DNA of 64,000 nt from Malacoraja senta (GCA_038087875.1 JAXLNO010000235.1:310001-374000); one strand, 5' to 3'. Counted from the first letter of the stretch, positions 12,268-25,179 are shown. Notes: generated from the sequence alone by a model not told the origin. Made by a program: numbers and translations.

Positions 12268-12695
12268 CATAATTAACTCACTCCCTTCTCCCAGGAGATG
12301 GGTATATGGAACAAGCTGCCAGAGGAGGTAGTGGAGGCTGGTACAATGGCATTTAGAAGATATTTGGACAGGACTATTTGGACTAATTGGGTTTCTCTAA
12401 TATACACGGAACTTTTTTTGCTGTTTAATAAGGGTTTTACAGTGCAATATGTTACACTACTGTTGTGCTGCTACGTAACCCACTCCATGACACACTGAGG
12501 AACACCTTCAGCAACAGACTGGTTCCACCAAGATGCAGCACAGAACGCCACAGGAGATCCTGCTCCCCTATGGCTATCAAACTGTACAACTCCACCCCCT
12601 TCTGTCATGGGGTAGACTGACTAACCCCCTCCTCCTCCCCAATCTTTGCACATCCGCAATCCTTTCCACTCATCACTTTAATTTCATGTTTCATG

Positions 12696-13042
12696 TTTAG
12701 TTTAGTTTAGTTTAGTTTAGAGATACAGCGCAGAAACAGGCCCTTCGCCCACCGGGTCCGTGGCAATCAGCGATCCCCGCACATTAACACTAACCAGCGA
12801 TCATCCCGTACACTAGCACTACTCCACACACTAGGGACATTTACAATGTTACCAAAGCCAATTAACCTACAATCCTGTACGTCTTTGGTGTGTGGAAGAA
12901 AACCGAAGATCTCAGAGAAAACCCACGTAGGTCACGGGGAGAACGTACAAACTCTGTATAGACAGCACCCGTAATCGGGATCGAACCTGGGTCTCCGGCG
13001 TGCATTTGCTGTAAGGCAGCAACACTACCGCTGCGCCACCAT
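12696..13042 (-). mobile_element. tRNA-derived V-SINE (HE1-like)
   Basis: Minus strand A box tggcgcagcgg, B box ggttcgatccc, conserved core and (taaac)n tail. Confidence 0.85.
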
Positions 13043-13434
13043 GACCGTCTTTATCTTGTATTGTATGACTGTTGGCAGAACAATTTCCCTCCTTGGATAG
13101 ATAAAGTTCTATCCTATCGTAAGTCAGCATTTAATAGTTCAGTTTGTGACATATGACAATAAAACACTCTTGACAGGTACATGGATAGGATAGGTATGGA
13201 GAGATATGGAACAAATGCAGGCAGGAGGAACTAGTGTAGATGGGGCATCTTGGACAATGTGGGCAAGACAAAATGTGCAGGAACAGCAGATGCAGGTTTA
13301 CACTGAAGATAGACACAAAATGCTGGTGTAACTCAGCAGGACAGGCAGATTACAACTCAGCGATATGAATATTGATTTCTCCAACTTCAAGTAACCCTTG
13401 CCTTCCCTCTCTCTCCACCCATCCCCAACCCTAG

Positions 13435-14190
13435 TTAGAAACATTGAAAATAGGTGCAGGAGTAGGGCATTCGGCCTTTCGAGCCTGCACTGCCATTCGA
13501 TATGATCATGGCTGATCATCCAACTCAGTATCCCATCCCTGCCTTCTCTCCATACCCCCTGATCCCTTTAGCCACAAGGGCCACATCTAACTCCCTCTTA
13601 AATATAGCCAATGAACTGGCCTCAACTACCTTCTGTGGCAGAGAATTCCACAGATTCACCACTCTGTGTAAAAAATGATTTTCTCATCTCGGTCCTAAAA
13701 AACTTACCTCTTATCCTTAAACTGTGACCCCCTAGTTCTGTACTTCCCCAATATCGGGAATAATCTTCCTCCATCTAGCCTGTCCAACCCTTTAAGAATT
13801 TTGTACGTTTCTATAAGATCCCACCTTAATCTTCTGAATGCTAGCGTGTATAAGCCGAGTCTATCCAGTCTTTCATCATATGAAAGTCCTGCCATCCCAG
13901 GAATCAGTCTGCTGAACCTTCTCTGTACACCCTCTATGGCAAGAATGTCTTTCCTCAGATTAGGAGACCAAAACTGTATGCAATACTCCAGGTGTGGTCT
14001 CACCAAGACCCTGTACAACTGCAATAGAACCTCCCAGCTCTTATACTCAAATCATTTTGCTATGAATGCTAACATACCATTTGCTTTCTTCACTGCCTGC
14101 TGCACCTGCATTCCTCCTTTCAATGACTGGTGTGCCATGACACCCAGGTCTCGTTGCATCTCCCCTTTTCCTAATCGGCCACCATTCTCC
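13435..14190 (-). mobile_element. CR1 LINE 3' portion
   Basis: ORF 13704..14024 LVRPHLEYCIQFWSP plus 3' UTR. Confidence 0.9.
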
Positions 14191-14208
14191 AACTAGCTTC
14201 ATTGTCCT

Positions 14209-14427
14209 GTGAAACATCACCTATCCATGTTCTACACAGATGCTGCCTGACCCGCTGAGTTACTCCAGCAATCTGTGAAACGTCATCTATCCATGTTCTT
14301 CACAGATGCTGCCTGACACGCTGAGTTACTCCAGTACTCTGTGAAACGTCACCTACCCATGTTCTCCACAGATGCTGCCTGACCCGCTGAGTTAATCCAG
14401 CACTCCGTGAAATGTCATCTATCCATG
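14209..14427 (+). repeat. 66-bp tandem repeat derived from the Penelope terminal repeat
   Basis: gtgaaa(c/t)gtca-like starts at 14209, 14275, 14341 and 14407. Confidence 0.85.
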
Positions 14428-14429
14428 AT

Positions 14430-16070
14430 ATAATCATATAACCATATAACAATTACAGCACGGAAACACGCCATCTCGGCCCTTCTAGTCCGTGCCGAAC
14501 ACTTATTTCCCCCTAGTCCCATCTACCTGCACTCAGACCATAACCCTCCATTCCTTTCCCATCCATATACCTATCCAATTTATTTTTAAGTGATAAAATC
14601 GAACCTGCCTCCACCACTTCCACTGGAAGCTCATTCCGCACAGCTACCACTCTCTGAGTAAAGGAGTTCCCCCTCATGTTACCCCTAATCTTCTGTTCCT
14701 TAATTCTCAAGTCATGTCCTCTTGTTTGAATCTTCCCTACTCTCAATGGGAAAAGCTTATCCACGTCAACTCTGTCTATCCCTCTCATCATTTAAAGACC
14801 TCTATCAAGTCCCCCTTAACGTTCTGCGTTCCAAAGAATAAAGACCTAACTTGTTCGACCTTTCTCTGTAACTTAGTTGTTGAAACTCAGGCAACATTCT
14901 AGTAAACCTCCTCTGTACTCCCTCTATTTTGTTGACACCCTCCCTATAATTAGCCGACCAAAATTGTACACCATACTCCAGAATTGGCCTCACCAATGCC
15001 TTGTACAATTTTAACATTACATTCCAGCTTCTATACTCAATGCTCTGATTTATGAAGGCCAGCACACCAAAAGCTTTCTTTACCACCCTATTTACATGAG
15101 ATTCCACCTTCAGGGAACTATGCACAGTTATTCCTAGATCCCTCTGTTCAACTGCATTGCTCAATTCGCTACCATTTACCATGTACGTCCTATTTTGATT
15201 TGTCCTGCCAAGATGTAGCACCTCACACTTATCTGCATTAAACTCCATCTGCTATCTTTCAGCCGACTCTTCCAAATGGCCTAAATATCTCTGTAGACTT
15301 TGAAAATCTACTTCATTATCCACAACACCACCTATCTCAGTATCATCTGCATACTTACTAATCCAATTTTCCACACCACCATCCAGATCATTAATGTACA
15401 TGACAAACAACAGTGGACCCAACACAGATCCCTGAGGCACCCCACTAGTCACCGGCCTCCAACCTGACAAACAGCCATCCACCATTACTCTCTGGCATCT
15501 CCCATTCAGCCACTGTTGACTCCATCTTGCTACTCCACCATTAATACCCAACAATTGAACTTTCTTAACCAACCCTCCATGAGGAACCTTGTCAAAGGCC
15601 TTACTGAAGTCCATATAGACAACATCCACTGCTTTACCCTCATCAATTTCCCCAGTAACCTTTTCAAAAAATTCAAGATTAGTCAAACATGACCTTCCAG
15701 GCACAAATCCATGTTGACTGTTCCTAATCAGATCCTGTTGATCCAGATGCTTATATATATTATCTCTAAGTATCCTTTCCATTAATTTGCCCACCACTGA
15801 CGTCAAACTAACAGGTCTATAATTGCTAGGTTTACTCTTAGAACCCTTTTAATACAATGGAACAGCATGCGCAGTACGCCAATCGTCCGGCACTATTCCC
15901 GTTTCTAATGGCATTTGAAATATTTCTGTCATTTCTACACTAACTTCCCTCAAGACTTATCCACTTTTATATATTTTTTAAAGTGTCAGTACTTCCTCTT
16001 CTTTTAATCTCATAGTTTCCATAGCTTTTCTACTTGTTTCCCTTACCTCACATAATTCAATATCCTTCTC
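14430..16070 (-). mobile_element. CR1 LINE RT through 3' UTR (different subfamily)
   Basis: QHGFVPGRSCLTNL, DFSKAFDKVPH, GVPQGSVLGP, YADD; (accatata)n tail. Confidence 0.93.
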
Positions 16071-17111
16071 CAGAGATGTTCTCCAGAGATGCTCCCTAAC
16101 ATTTGTCGTTTCAGGTCAGGACCCTTCCGGTTTGAGTGGGCCAGTGGAGTAGAGAAGCCAAGGCAGTTGTTGCACCAACAGTGGATATAAAGAGGTCCAG
16201 AGAGGGTAGAAGGGTGGGTAGGGGGAGAGGTGGGGGGGGGGGGGGATGTTGAAGACTGGAGACAGGATTGTCACTGGATGGATAGGATTCACTCCCATAA
16301 AGAAAAGCTCAGAGGTGGCAGTAGAGCCCTAAGTCCCTATGTTCCCAATGTAGGGGGTCCAGAACCAGGGGGTCACAGTTTAAGAATAAGACTCGCTGAG
16401 TCACTCCACCTTTTATCTTGGTCTATTAATGGATTCAAATCTACCTTAGATCTCCTTTTATCATCCTGCTTGGCACTCTCCACCGGCATTTTTGATACAG
16501 GTTCCTTTGTTTCTAAATACGTAGAGTGAATATTAAAGCTCTGATCTGTTCAATATCTCGCAAACTGTGAACCCACTTCAAGTTGATGGATGGAATGGAG
16601 CCCGTCCGTCTCTCATGGTTACGGATGCAGTTCATTGTGATGTCGCCAGCCAGGCACATTATGAGGTCACCTCTGATTATGATGGTTTACAAACTTGCGA
16701 TCTTATGAATGGAAGGCCGGCCCAGAAGGGAATAAACCACTTCACCATATGACCACAGGTCACAGTGGTTATAACCAACTGGACTCAAGTGTTAGATACA
16801 AGGAACTCAGTTCAATTGAGTTTATTGTCACGTGTACGGAGAAATGCTTTTTGTCGCATGTTAAAAACAGTTAGCAGAAAGACATTGCATGATTACAATC
16901 GAGCTATTTGCAATGTATAGATACATGGTAAAGGAATAACGTTTAGTGCAAGGTAAAGCCAGCAAGGATAGTCCGAGGGTCACCAATGAGGTAGATAGTA
17001 GTTCAGAACTGCTCTCTGGTTGTGGTAGGATGATTTAGTTGCCTGGTAACAGCTGGGAAGAAACTGTCCCTGAATCTGGAGGTGTGCGTTTTCACACTCC
17101 TGTACCTTTCC

Positions 17112-17635
17112 TAATTTGCAGAAGGACATTCTTATTATTGAGGGAGTGCAGCGTAAGTTCACCAGGTCAATATCCGGGGTGGCGAGACTTACGTATGATG
17201 AAAGCATGGGTAGACTGGGCTTGAATTCGCTGGAAATGAGAAGGATGAGAGGGTATCTTATGAAAACATATAACATTCTTAAAGGAGTTAAGGCTAGATG
17301 CAGGAACAATGTTCCCGATGTTCGGGGAGTCCAGAACCAGGGGTCACAGTTTAAGAATAACGGGTTAGGCCATTTAGGACTCAGAAGAGGGAAAAAAATT
17401 TCACGCAGAAAATCTGTAGAATTCTCTGCCACAGAAGGCAGTGGAGGCCAATTCACTGGGTGTTTTCAAGTGAGTGTTGGATGTGGCTCTTTGGGCTAAC
17501 AGAATCAAGGGATATGGGGAGATAGCAGGAATGGGGTATTGATTTTGGATGATCAGCCAAAATCATATTGAAAGGCGGTGCTGGCTCGAAGGGCCGAATG
17601 GCTTACTCCTGCACCTATCTTCTATGTTTCTACGT
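17112..17635 (+). mobile_element. CR1 LINE 3' portion, decayed
   Basis: KDILIIEGVQRKFTR..; CR1 3' UTR. Confidence 0.85.
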
Positions 17636-17779
17636 CATGGTGAGTCCAGCACTCGTTGACGTCTGGTCCTGAAGACGGGTCCTGAACCAAAACGTCACCC
17701 ACTCATGTTCTCCACAGATGCTGCTCAACCTGCTGAGTTACTCCAGCACAAACAATATTAAATCTCAAGTGTTTTCATT

Positions 17780-18048
17780 TCGAGATACAGTGTGGCAACG
17801 GGCCCTTTGGCCCACCGAGTCCACGCCGACCAGTATTCACCTCTACACCCTCACTATCCTACACACTGGGGACTTTTTACCAAAGCCAATTAACCTACAA
17901 ACCTGCACGTCTTTGGAGTGTGGGAGGAAACCGGAGCATCCGTAGAAGACCCACGCTGGTCACGAGGGGAACATACAAACTCTGTACAGACAGCACCTGG
18001 GTCTCCGGCGCAGTGACGCAGCAACTCTACCGCTGAGCCACACTGCCA
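17780..18048 (-). mobile_element. V-SINE (HE1-like)
   Basis: Core ccaattaacctacaaacctgcacgtctttggagtgtgggaggaaaccggagca and tRNA-like head. Confidence 0.8.
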
Positions 18049-18482
18049 TGTTGGGGAAAAATACTTAAAAAACGGCAGAATATTTTTGCCATTTGCCAAT
18101 TGAGAGTTGTCTATAGTCAAAGAGTGTGTAGTTTGTTCCTGGCACGAAAATACTTCTGCTTTATCAGTTTCACGCTTAACTCTATAAACCTAAAGACTCC
18201 ACTGTTGGAATGCAATTCAATATTTGACAAATCTGAACACGTTAACAGACAGATATAAAGCACACAGAGGGATTACTGGAGTACATTTTCCTTTTGTAGT
18301 CCCTGAGAAATCAGTGGCTGTGGCAGAGGGTTTTTCTGATGTTCTAAGCCATGCCAATCCAGATATGATTGAATGACGGAGAGGACTTGATGTACCAAAT
18401 GGAGAAGGAACATCTCATTGGGTTTTAAAGTTTGCAGAGGGCTGACATACAACTTCCTTAGCATCAAGTGAATTGATCAGCA

Positions 18483-18775
18483 TGGTGGCGCAGCGATAGA
18501 CTAAGAGTTGCTGCCTTACAGTGCCAGAGACCCGGGTTCGATCCTGTCTACGTGTGCGTGTAGTTTGTACGTTCTCCCTGTGACCCACGTGGGATTCCTT
18601 CCGGTGCTCTGGTTTCCTCCCACATTCTAGAGATGTGCCGGTGTGTAGGTTAATTGACGTCTGTAAATTGCCCCTAGTGTGAAGGATATAGGACTAGTGT
18701 ACAGGTGATCGTTGGTTGGCATGGGCTCGGTGGGCGGAAGGGCCTGTTTTCGCGCCATCTCTCTAAAACAAACTA
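18483..18775 (+). mobile_element. V-SINE (HE1-like), full length
   Basis: A box tggcgcagcga, B box gggttcgatcc, core, tail gggcctgtttt..ctctaaaacaaac. Confidence 0.85.
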
Positions 18776-19039
18776 TTGCCGTTACTTCGTTGGTCTCAGT
18801 TTAACATTGCTTGTGAAAGTCAGCAAAGTACAAGATTCTTTCTATAGCCCTCAGACCAGTGAGCCCATGTGTTCATATCTTTAACTAGACAGTCAGAACT
18901 TTTTTAGTTTAGTTTAGAGATACAGCACAGAATCAGGCCCTTCAGCCCACCGCGTCCACGTCAACCAGCGATACCCGTGCATTAAACTACCCCACGCACA
19001 CTAGGGACAATTTACATTTATACCAAATTAACCTACTCT

Positions 19040-20333
19040 CTAGACTGACATCTTCAACCTGTCACATGCCCAAGCAGTTGTCCCCACGTGCCGTAAAACC
19101 ACCTCCCTCGTGCCGGTGCCAAAACACTCCACTGCGGCGAGCCTCAACGACATCTGCCCCGTTGCACTTACTCCCATCATCACTAAGTGCTTCGAGAGGC
19201 TGGTCCTGGCACACCTCAAAGGCTGCCTAGCTCCCACACTGGATCCCTATCAGTTCGCCTACCGCAAGAACAGGAGTACGGAGGATGCCATCTCAACGGC
19301 ACTTCACTCCGCCCTCTCCCACCTCGACAACAGAGACACCTACGTGAGAATGCTGTTCATCTCAGCATTTAACATCATTATCCCCTCAAAACTGATGACC
19401 AAACTCAGCGACCTGGGCATCGACCCCTCCCTCTGCAACTGGATACTGGACTTTCTAACCAACAGACCCCAGTCTGTTAGGTCAGACAACCACACCTCTT
19501 CAACCCTCACCCTGAACACCGGCGTTCCACAGGGCTGTGTGCTGAGCCCCCTCCTCTACTCCCTCTTCACCTACGACTCCACACCTGTACATGGTACTAA
19601 CACCATCATCAAGTATGCAGATGATACAACAGTGATTGGCCTCATCAGCAACAACGATGAGTCGGCCTATTGGGAGGAGGTCCAGCTCCTAGCAGCATGG
19701 TGCGCTGACAACAACCTGGCCTGTAACTACAAGAAGACCAAGGACCTCATTGTGGACTACAGAAGGTCTAGGGGCGGCAAGCACACTCCCATCCACATTA
19801 ACGGGACGGAGGTGGAACGTGTTTCCAGCTTTCTGGGGGTCAACATCTCTGATGACTTCTCTTGGACCCACAATACCAGCTTCTCTTCTTCTTGAGGAGA
19901 CAAAAGAAGGTCCATCTGTCTCCTCAGATTCTGGTGAACATCTACCGCTGCACCATCGAGAGCATCCTTACCAACTGTATCACAGGTTGGTATGGCAACT
20001 GTCTCCGACCGGAAAGCACTGCAGAGGGTGGTGAAAACTGCCCAACGCATCACCGGTTCCTCACTCCCCTCCATTGAGTCTGTCCAACGCAAGCATTGTC
20101 TGCGAAGGGCGCGCAGCATCATCAAGGACTGCTCTCACCCCAGCCACATACTGTTTATCCTCCTCCCATCCGGGAGGCGCTACAGGTCTCTCCGTTGCCA
20201 GATCAGCAGGTTCAGGAACAGCTTCTTCCCTGCGGCTGTTACACAACTTAACTCTGTACCTTGGGGATTGCCAGTCACCCATCCCGGACACTCCTTCCCC
20301 CAGAAAAATTGCACTACGCAAAAATTGTATTAC

Positions 20334-20395
<62 letters not shown>

Positions 20396-20505
20396 TGCTG
20401 TTCCATTATTCAATGTTTGCTCTTCTGGGTGAGATGCTAACTGCATTTCGCTGTCTCTGTACTGTACACTGCACAATGACAATAAAGATTGATTCTGAAT
20501 CTGAA
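19040..20505 (+). mobile_element. Rex1/Babar LINE, RT through 3' tail, copy 1
   Basis: [54 protein letters not shown]; tail gacaataaagattgattctga. Confidence 0.92.
20335..20393. repeat. (TA)n microsatellite
   Basis: Long pure TA run; much shorter at the paralogous site ~45515-45531. Confidence 0.97.
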
Positions 20506-21044
20506 ACCTACATGTCTTTGGATTGTGGGAGAAAACTGAAGATCTCGGAAAAAAAACCCACGCGGGTCAAGGGGAAAATGTACAAATCTGTACTGACAGC
20601 ACCCGTAGTCAGGATCGAACCCGGGTCTCTGGCACTGCAAGCAGTGTAAGCAAAGAACTCTACCGCTGCGCCACCGTGCCCGCCCCTTTTCCCCAGGACA
20701 GAGATGGAATACTAGAGGGCATAGCTTTAACGAGAGTGGGGCAAAGTTTAAAGAAGTGTGGAGCAAGTTATAAGAGGTTAGAGTGCACCTTGAGTGTGTT
20801 GCCAGGGGTGGTGGAGGCAGATAGAACAGTGCGATTTAACAGGTTTTTGGATAGGCAGGGAATAATGATAATGTGCAGACAGATAAGAGTTGGCAGTGGT
20901 GTCACGTTTAGCACAGGCATTGTGGGCCGAAGGGGCAGTTCCTGTGTTGTACTGTTCTATGTTTTAAACCTCAGGTTATCAATCTTTATCTTTAACAAAG
21001 GGTTTGGTGGGGAAGGGAATGAGATGAGTTAAGACAAGCTGATT

Positions 21045-21338
21045 TAAACTTTAGCGAAATAGAGTGGAAACTGGCCTTTCGGCCCACCGAGACCACACCG
21101 ACCAGCGATCACCCCGTACGCTAGCACTACCCTACGCACTAGGAACAATTTACAAATTTTGCAAAGCCAATTAACCTTGAAAACCTGCAGGTCTGTGGCG
21201 TGTGGGAGGAAACCGGAGCACCCGGAGAAAACCCACGCTGTCACAGGGAGAAAGTACAGGCAGCATCCCCGGTCAGGATTGACCCCGGGTCTCTGGCGCT
21301 GTAAGGCAGCAACTCCATCGCTGCGCCACCGTGCCGCC
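21045..21338 (-). mobile_element. V-SINE (HE1-like)
   Basis: tRNA-like head at ~21338, core and tail. Confidence 0.83.
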
Positions 21339-21489
21339 CAAATAGTTGCACATCAGATTAGACAAGTTAGGAAGAAGAACGTGTCCAACATTGTAGATTC
21401 AATTGCGGAGTTCAATTACTTCAGGCATATATAAATGCTAGGCGCCGCTGTTATAACCATATAACCATATAACAATTACAACAATTTTG

Positions 21490-22215
21490 GCTGTTGAGTA
21501 GAGCACCTACTCGTGAATAAAAAACTGCTGTGACAGTCCGGAGTCGCCTTCCAGAGGGTAGTGATTGAAATAGTTTGTGGCCAGGGTGAGAGGGGTCAGA
21601 GATGATCTTACCCGCTCGCTTCCTGGCCCTTGCAGTGTACAGTTCATCAATGGAGGGATGGTTGCAGCCAATAACCTTCTCTGCTGATCGGGCGATTCGC
21701 TGCAGCCTCCAGGTGTCGTGCTTGGTGACTGAGCCAAACCAGACCATGATGGGGATGGTGAGACCAGACTCTACGATGGTCGTGTAGAATTGGACCATCA
21801 TTACCTGTGGCAGATTGTGCTTCCTCAGCTGCCGCAGGAAGTACATCATCTGTTGTGCCTGTTTGACTGTGGAGTCCATGGTAGCCCCCCACTTATGGTC
21901 CTTGGAGATGATGGTTCCCAGGAACTTAAAAGATTCCACAGATGTGACTGTGGTGTTGTTGATGGTGAGTGGGGTGAGGGGAGGGGGAGCTCTCCTAAAG
22001 TCTACAATCAATTCCACTGTCTTAAGAGAATTGAGCTCCAGGTTGTTGCTACGGCACCAGGACGCCAGCTGTGACACTTGCTGTCTGTAGGCCGATTCCT
22101 CCCCATCCTGGATCAGTCCAATCAGGGTTGTGTTGTCCGCAAACTTGAGAAGCTTGACTGACAGAGGTGAAGTCGTTGGTGTAGAGAGCGTAGAGGAGAG
22201 GAGAGAGTACGCAGC
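21490..22215 (-). mobile_element. Rex1/Babar LINE fragment (second family)
   Basis: KFADNTTLIGLI..WCRSNNLELN..KTVELIVDFRR..HPGHKLFQSLPSGRR. Confidence 0.88.
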
Positions 22216-22389
22216 CTTGCGGTGCTCCTATGCTGAGTGTTTACGGGTCCCAGATGTACTTTCCCATCCAAAGTAAGTCAAATGGGCACTGGTGGGTGAA
22301 GAGTTGTAAACTAAGACCCTTGGACAGGTGAGTGGACAAGACAGGTTTAGAGGGGACAATGGACACAAGTGTGTGGGCCTTTGGTACCT

Positions 22390-22745
22390 TCTCAAGATGG
22401 CGTCTTGAACGGCGGGACCTTAACACGATGGCCGCCGGCATCCGACCAATCAACGGCGCCGACCTCACATGCCCTCACCAAGATGGCCGCAATCAACCCC
22501 TCACAAAGTGTTAAAGAAGGAACTGCAGATGCTGGAAAATCGAAGGTACACAAAAATGCTGGAGAAACTCAGCGGGTGCAGCAGCATCTATGGAGCGAAG
22601 GAAATAGGTAACGTTTCGGGCCGAAACCCTTCTTCAGACCTCACAAAGATGGCCGTCAGCATCCGACCAATCAGCGGCGCCGATCTCACCTGCCCTCACC
22701 ACGATGGCCGCCGACATCCGACCAATCAGCTGCGCCGACCTCACC
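22390..22745 (+). repeat. CpG-rich ~54 bp repeat array with YY1-like and CCAAT motifs, copy 1
   Basis: Units gatggccgccggcatccgaccaatca(a/g)cggcgccgacctcac; interrupted by the insertion at 22509-22638. Confidence 0.8.
22509..22638 (-). mobile_element. Solo Penelope terminal repeat with hammerhead motif, young insertion
   Basis: Identical by eye to 60295-60424; flanked by direct repeat cctcacaaag; absent at the paralogous site ~47640. Confidence 0.9.
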
Positions 22746-23279
22746 TGAATGTGAGAGTGACGGACAGTGTGGAGTGGACGGGGAGATGAGATGAATTACG
22801 AAGATTCAGGAACTGGGGAAAAATATCTAAAACAGAGGCTGAGCAGCAATAAAAATGAAATGTATTTCTCTGCAGAATTCACACAATATGGGGAAATGAG
22901 TTGTTAACCCGGATTAAGGAAGGAGCCTGATTAGATTTCTTGTCACAATGAGGACGACACTAACTCCTGAGCTGATGATGAGCTGCAAGTTGTGATTCCC
23001 TCCAGATGTTTTGCTAATAAATCTATGTTTTTGGATGTGGGCCTCAGTGTTTAGGCTTCCAGTTTTAACCCATGAGGATGTGACCATCCTTATTCCACCA
23101 CTGATGGATGTGTTTAGTAAATTATGTAAATGATAGGAGTAGGCCCCACAAATAACAAAGGACCAGCAATGTATTTCCAAGTTATGATGGTGACTAACTG
23201 GGTCAATTTGTGCCACTCCACTAGCATGACCAAACAATTCTGGGTATGGATTGTGTTTGCATATTGTGGATATATTTTC

Positions 23280-23352
23280 TAGCATCGATGCAGTCATCAA
23301 TGTAATGGGGATAGAGTTCGGGGATAGGGCCAGTGTACACCTGGAACACAAT
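23280..23352 (-). mobile_element. Short Penelope RT fragment
   Basis: FQVYTGPIPELYPHYIDDCIDA versus FNAYQGPIPDLYLRYIDDCFGA in the Penelope ORF. Confidence 0.75.
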
Positions 23353-23374
23353 GTATCTCTCGTGTCGATATCTC

Positions 23375-23730
23375 TAGGCTGTGAAGATCTTGGTGCAACT
23401 CTGTGAGGTTGTGCTTGGAGAACACCAAATGACAGAGGGAAAAACTAGTGATTGTGAAAATGTTTGCTGGAGGTTCTACCTTGAGTGAAATTCAGAACTG
23501 AGGAGAAATTTGCTCTCAATCTTGGACTTACTTTGACAAATTGTAGTAGCGATGATCATATGCAGCTCATTGGTGACCTCCTAAGTCCAACCTCCGCCAT
23601 GATCTGATGCAATGAATATTAGTTTGATCTATCGGACCAACTACAGCATGAACAGGCAAGAATATTGACCGTTCCATTTATTACAAAACAACAGATTCTG
23701 TCATTTGCTATTATCATAGAACTTTCAAAC
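23375..23730 (-). pseudogene. Ig/TCR V-like decayed segment A (upstream region, leader, intron, exon start; truncated)
   Basis: Leader-like VSPRLRANFSSVLNFTQ then g|gtagaa donor at 23479; paralogous to segments B and C. Confidence 0.4.
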
Positions 23731-23769
23731 ATCACACGGTCATCTGCTTGAATATGTGTTACTGGAAAC

Positions 23770-24070
23770 TATTCTAACTTCAGTTGTGAATAGCATTAAT
23801 TATACTTGTCTTTCTCCAGGCTGGTTAGCATTCTGCAAAAGCTTTTCTCTTTACCTCACGAACGTGACACTGAACTAAACTGAATTGAACTGGAAGGGAC
23901 GTGATTTATTCCCAGAGGTTGTGAAGGTCTTGGTGCAAACTGTGCGGTTTGATTTGGAGAAAACTGAAAGTTGCAGAAGAAATTGGATGATGATGAGGCT
24001 GGTGACTGGTGGGTTTACCTTGTGTGAAACTCAGGAGATAATTGCACTCAATATTGGAATAACTGAGTAA
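23770..24070 (-). pseudogene. Ig/TCR V-like decayed segment B
   Basis: Leader-like IPILSAIIS..FTQ, intact GT-AG 55 nt phase-1 intron 23964-24018, exon VFSKSNRTVCTKTFTTS, later KSFCRMLTSLEKDKYN*C. Confidence 0.4.
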
Positions 24071-24159
24071 ATTCAGCATTTTTTTTCACATCTACTGGTT
24101 TGTGTTCTCCTCAACCCAAAACTCACATCGTTTTAAACAGCCAAACCACCCAAATCACA

Positions 24160-24427
24160 GTGGCACAGATGTTAGAGCTGCTGCCTCACAGTGCCGGAGA
24201 CCAGGGTTCAATCCTGACCTCGGGTGCTCTCTGGGTGGAGATAGCACGCTCCCTGTGGCCACGAATGAGTGGGGATGTAGGTTACTGGACCTCCATAAAT
24301 TGCTTGTAGTGTGTAGGGAGCGGATGGGAAAGTGAGAGAACAGAACGAGTGTGAACGGGTGATCAGAGGTCGGCACGGACAGAGGGCTGAACGGCAAATT
24401 TCCATGCTGTGTCTCAAAACTAAACTC
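24160..24427 (+). mobile_element. V-SINE (HE1-like), diverged
   Basis: Head gtggcacag..gggttcaatcc; tail ctgtgtctcaaaactaaact. Confidence 0.75.
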
Positions 24428-24539
24428 AATCAGAACATCACTACAGATGCAAGAAGATTAACACATACTCATCATTACACAACAATAGATACTCTCATTC
24501 CCCAATGCCCTTGACATTTGTTATCCTCCAATAACCTTT

Positions 24540-25177
24540 AGACAATAGACAATAGGTGCAAGAGTAGAGGCCATTCGGCCCTTCCAGTCAGCACCGCCAT
24601 TCAATGTGATCATAGCTGATCTCCCCAATCAGTACCCCGTTCCTGCCTTCTACCCATATCCCCTGACTCTGCTATCTTTAAGAGCCCTATCCAGCTCTCT
24701 CTTGAAAGCATCTAGAGAACCTGCCTCCACCGCCCTCTGAGGCAGAGAATTCCACAGACTCACAACTCTCTGTGAGAAAAAGTGTTTCCTGGTCTCTGTT
24801 CTAAATGGCTTACTCATTATTTTTAAATTGTGGCCCCTGGTTCTGGACTACCCCAACATCGGCAACATGTTTCCTGCCTCTAGCGTGTACATACCCTTAA
24901 CAATCTTATATGTTTCAATGAGATGCCCTCTCATCCTTCTAAACTCCAGAGTGTACAAACCCAGCCGCTCCATTCTCTAAGCATATGACAGTCCCGCCAT
25001 CCCGGGAATTAACCTGGTGAACCTACGCTGGGCTCCCTCAATAGCAAGAATATCCTTCCTCAAATTAGGGGACCAAAACTGCCCACAATACTCCAGGTGT
25101 GGTCTGACCAGGGCCCTGTACAACTGCAGAAGGACCTCTTTGCTCCTGGACTCAACTCCTCTTGTTATAAAGGCCAT
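24540..25177 (-). mobile_element. CR1 LINE 3' portion
   Basis: LYRALVRPHLEYCGQFWSP plus 3' UTR with (gacaata) tail. Confidence 0.9.
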
Positions 25178-25179
25178 AT

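Larger units (their letters stand above)
1024..23374 (+). repeat. Segmental duplication, copy 1
   Basis: Colinear, highly similar to 28442-48884; nearly all ORFs in the track recur about 25 kb downstream. Confidence 0.97.

Noticed and set aside
16761..16810. CACAGTG as a recombination signal heptamer
   Set aside because: No nonamer at 12 or 23 nt spacing
18483..18560. tRNA gene
   Set aside because: A and B boxes belong to a SINE head that continues into the SINE core; the same applies to the other copies
22914..23351. 145 aa ORF (and 48541..49116) as a host exon
   Set aside because: Its start overlaps a Penelope RT fragment in another frame, it has no recognisable domain, and it is disrupted by a LINE insertion in copy 2
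23915..23950. VCTKTFTTSGN as a C2H2 zinc finger
   Set aside because: No first Cys and no His pair in any of the three paralogs; the leader-intron context fits a V-like exon better
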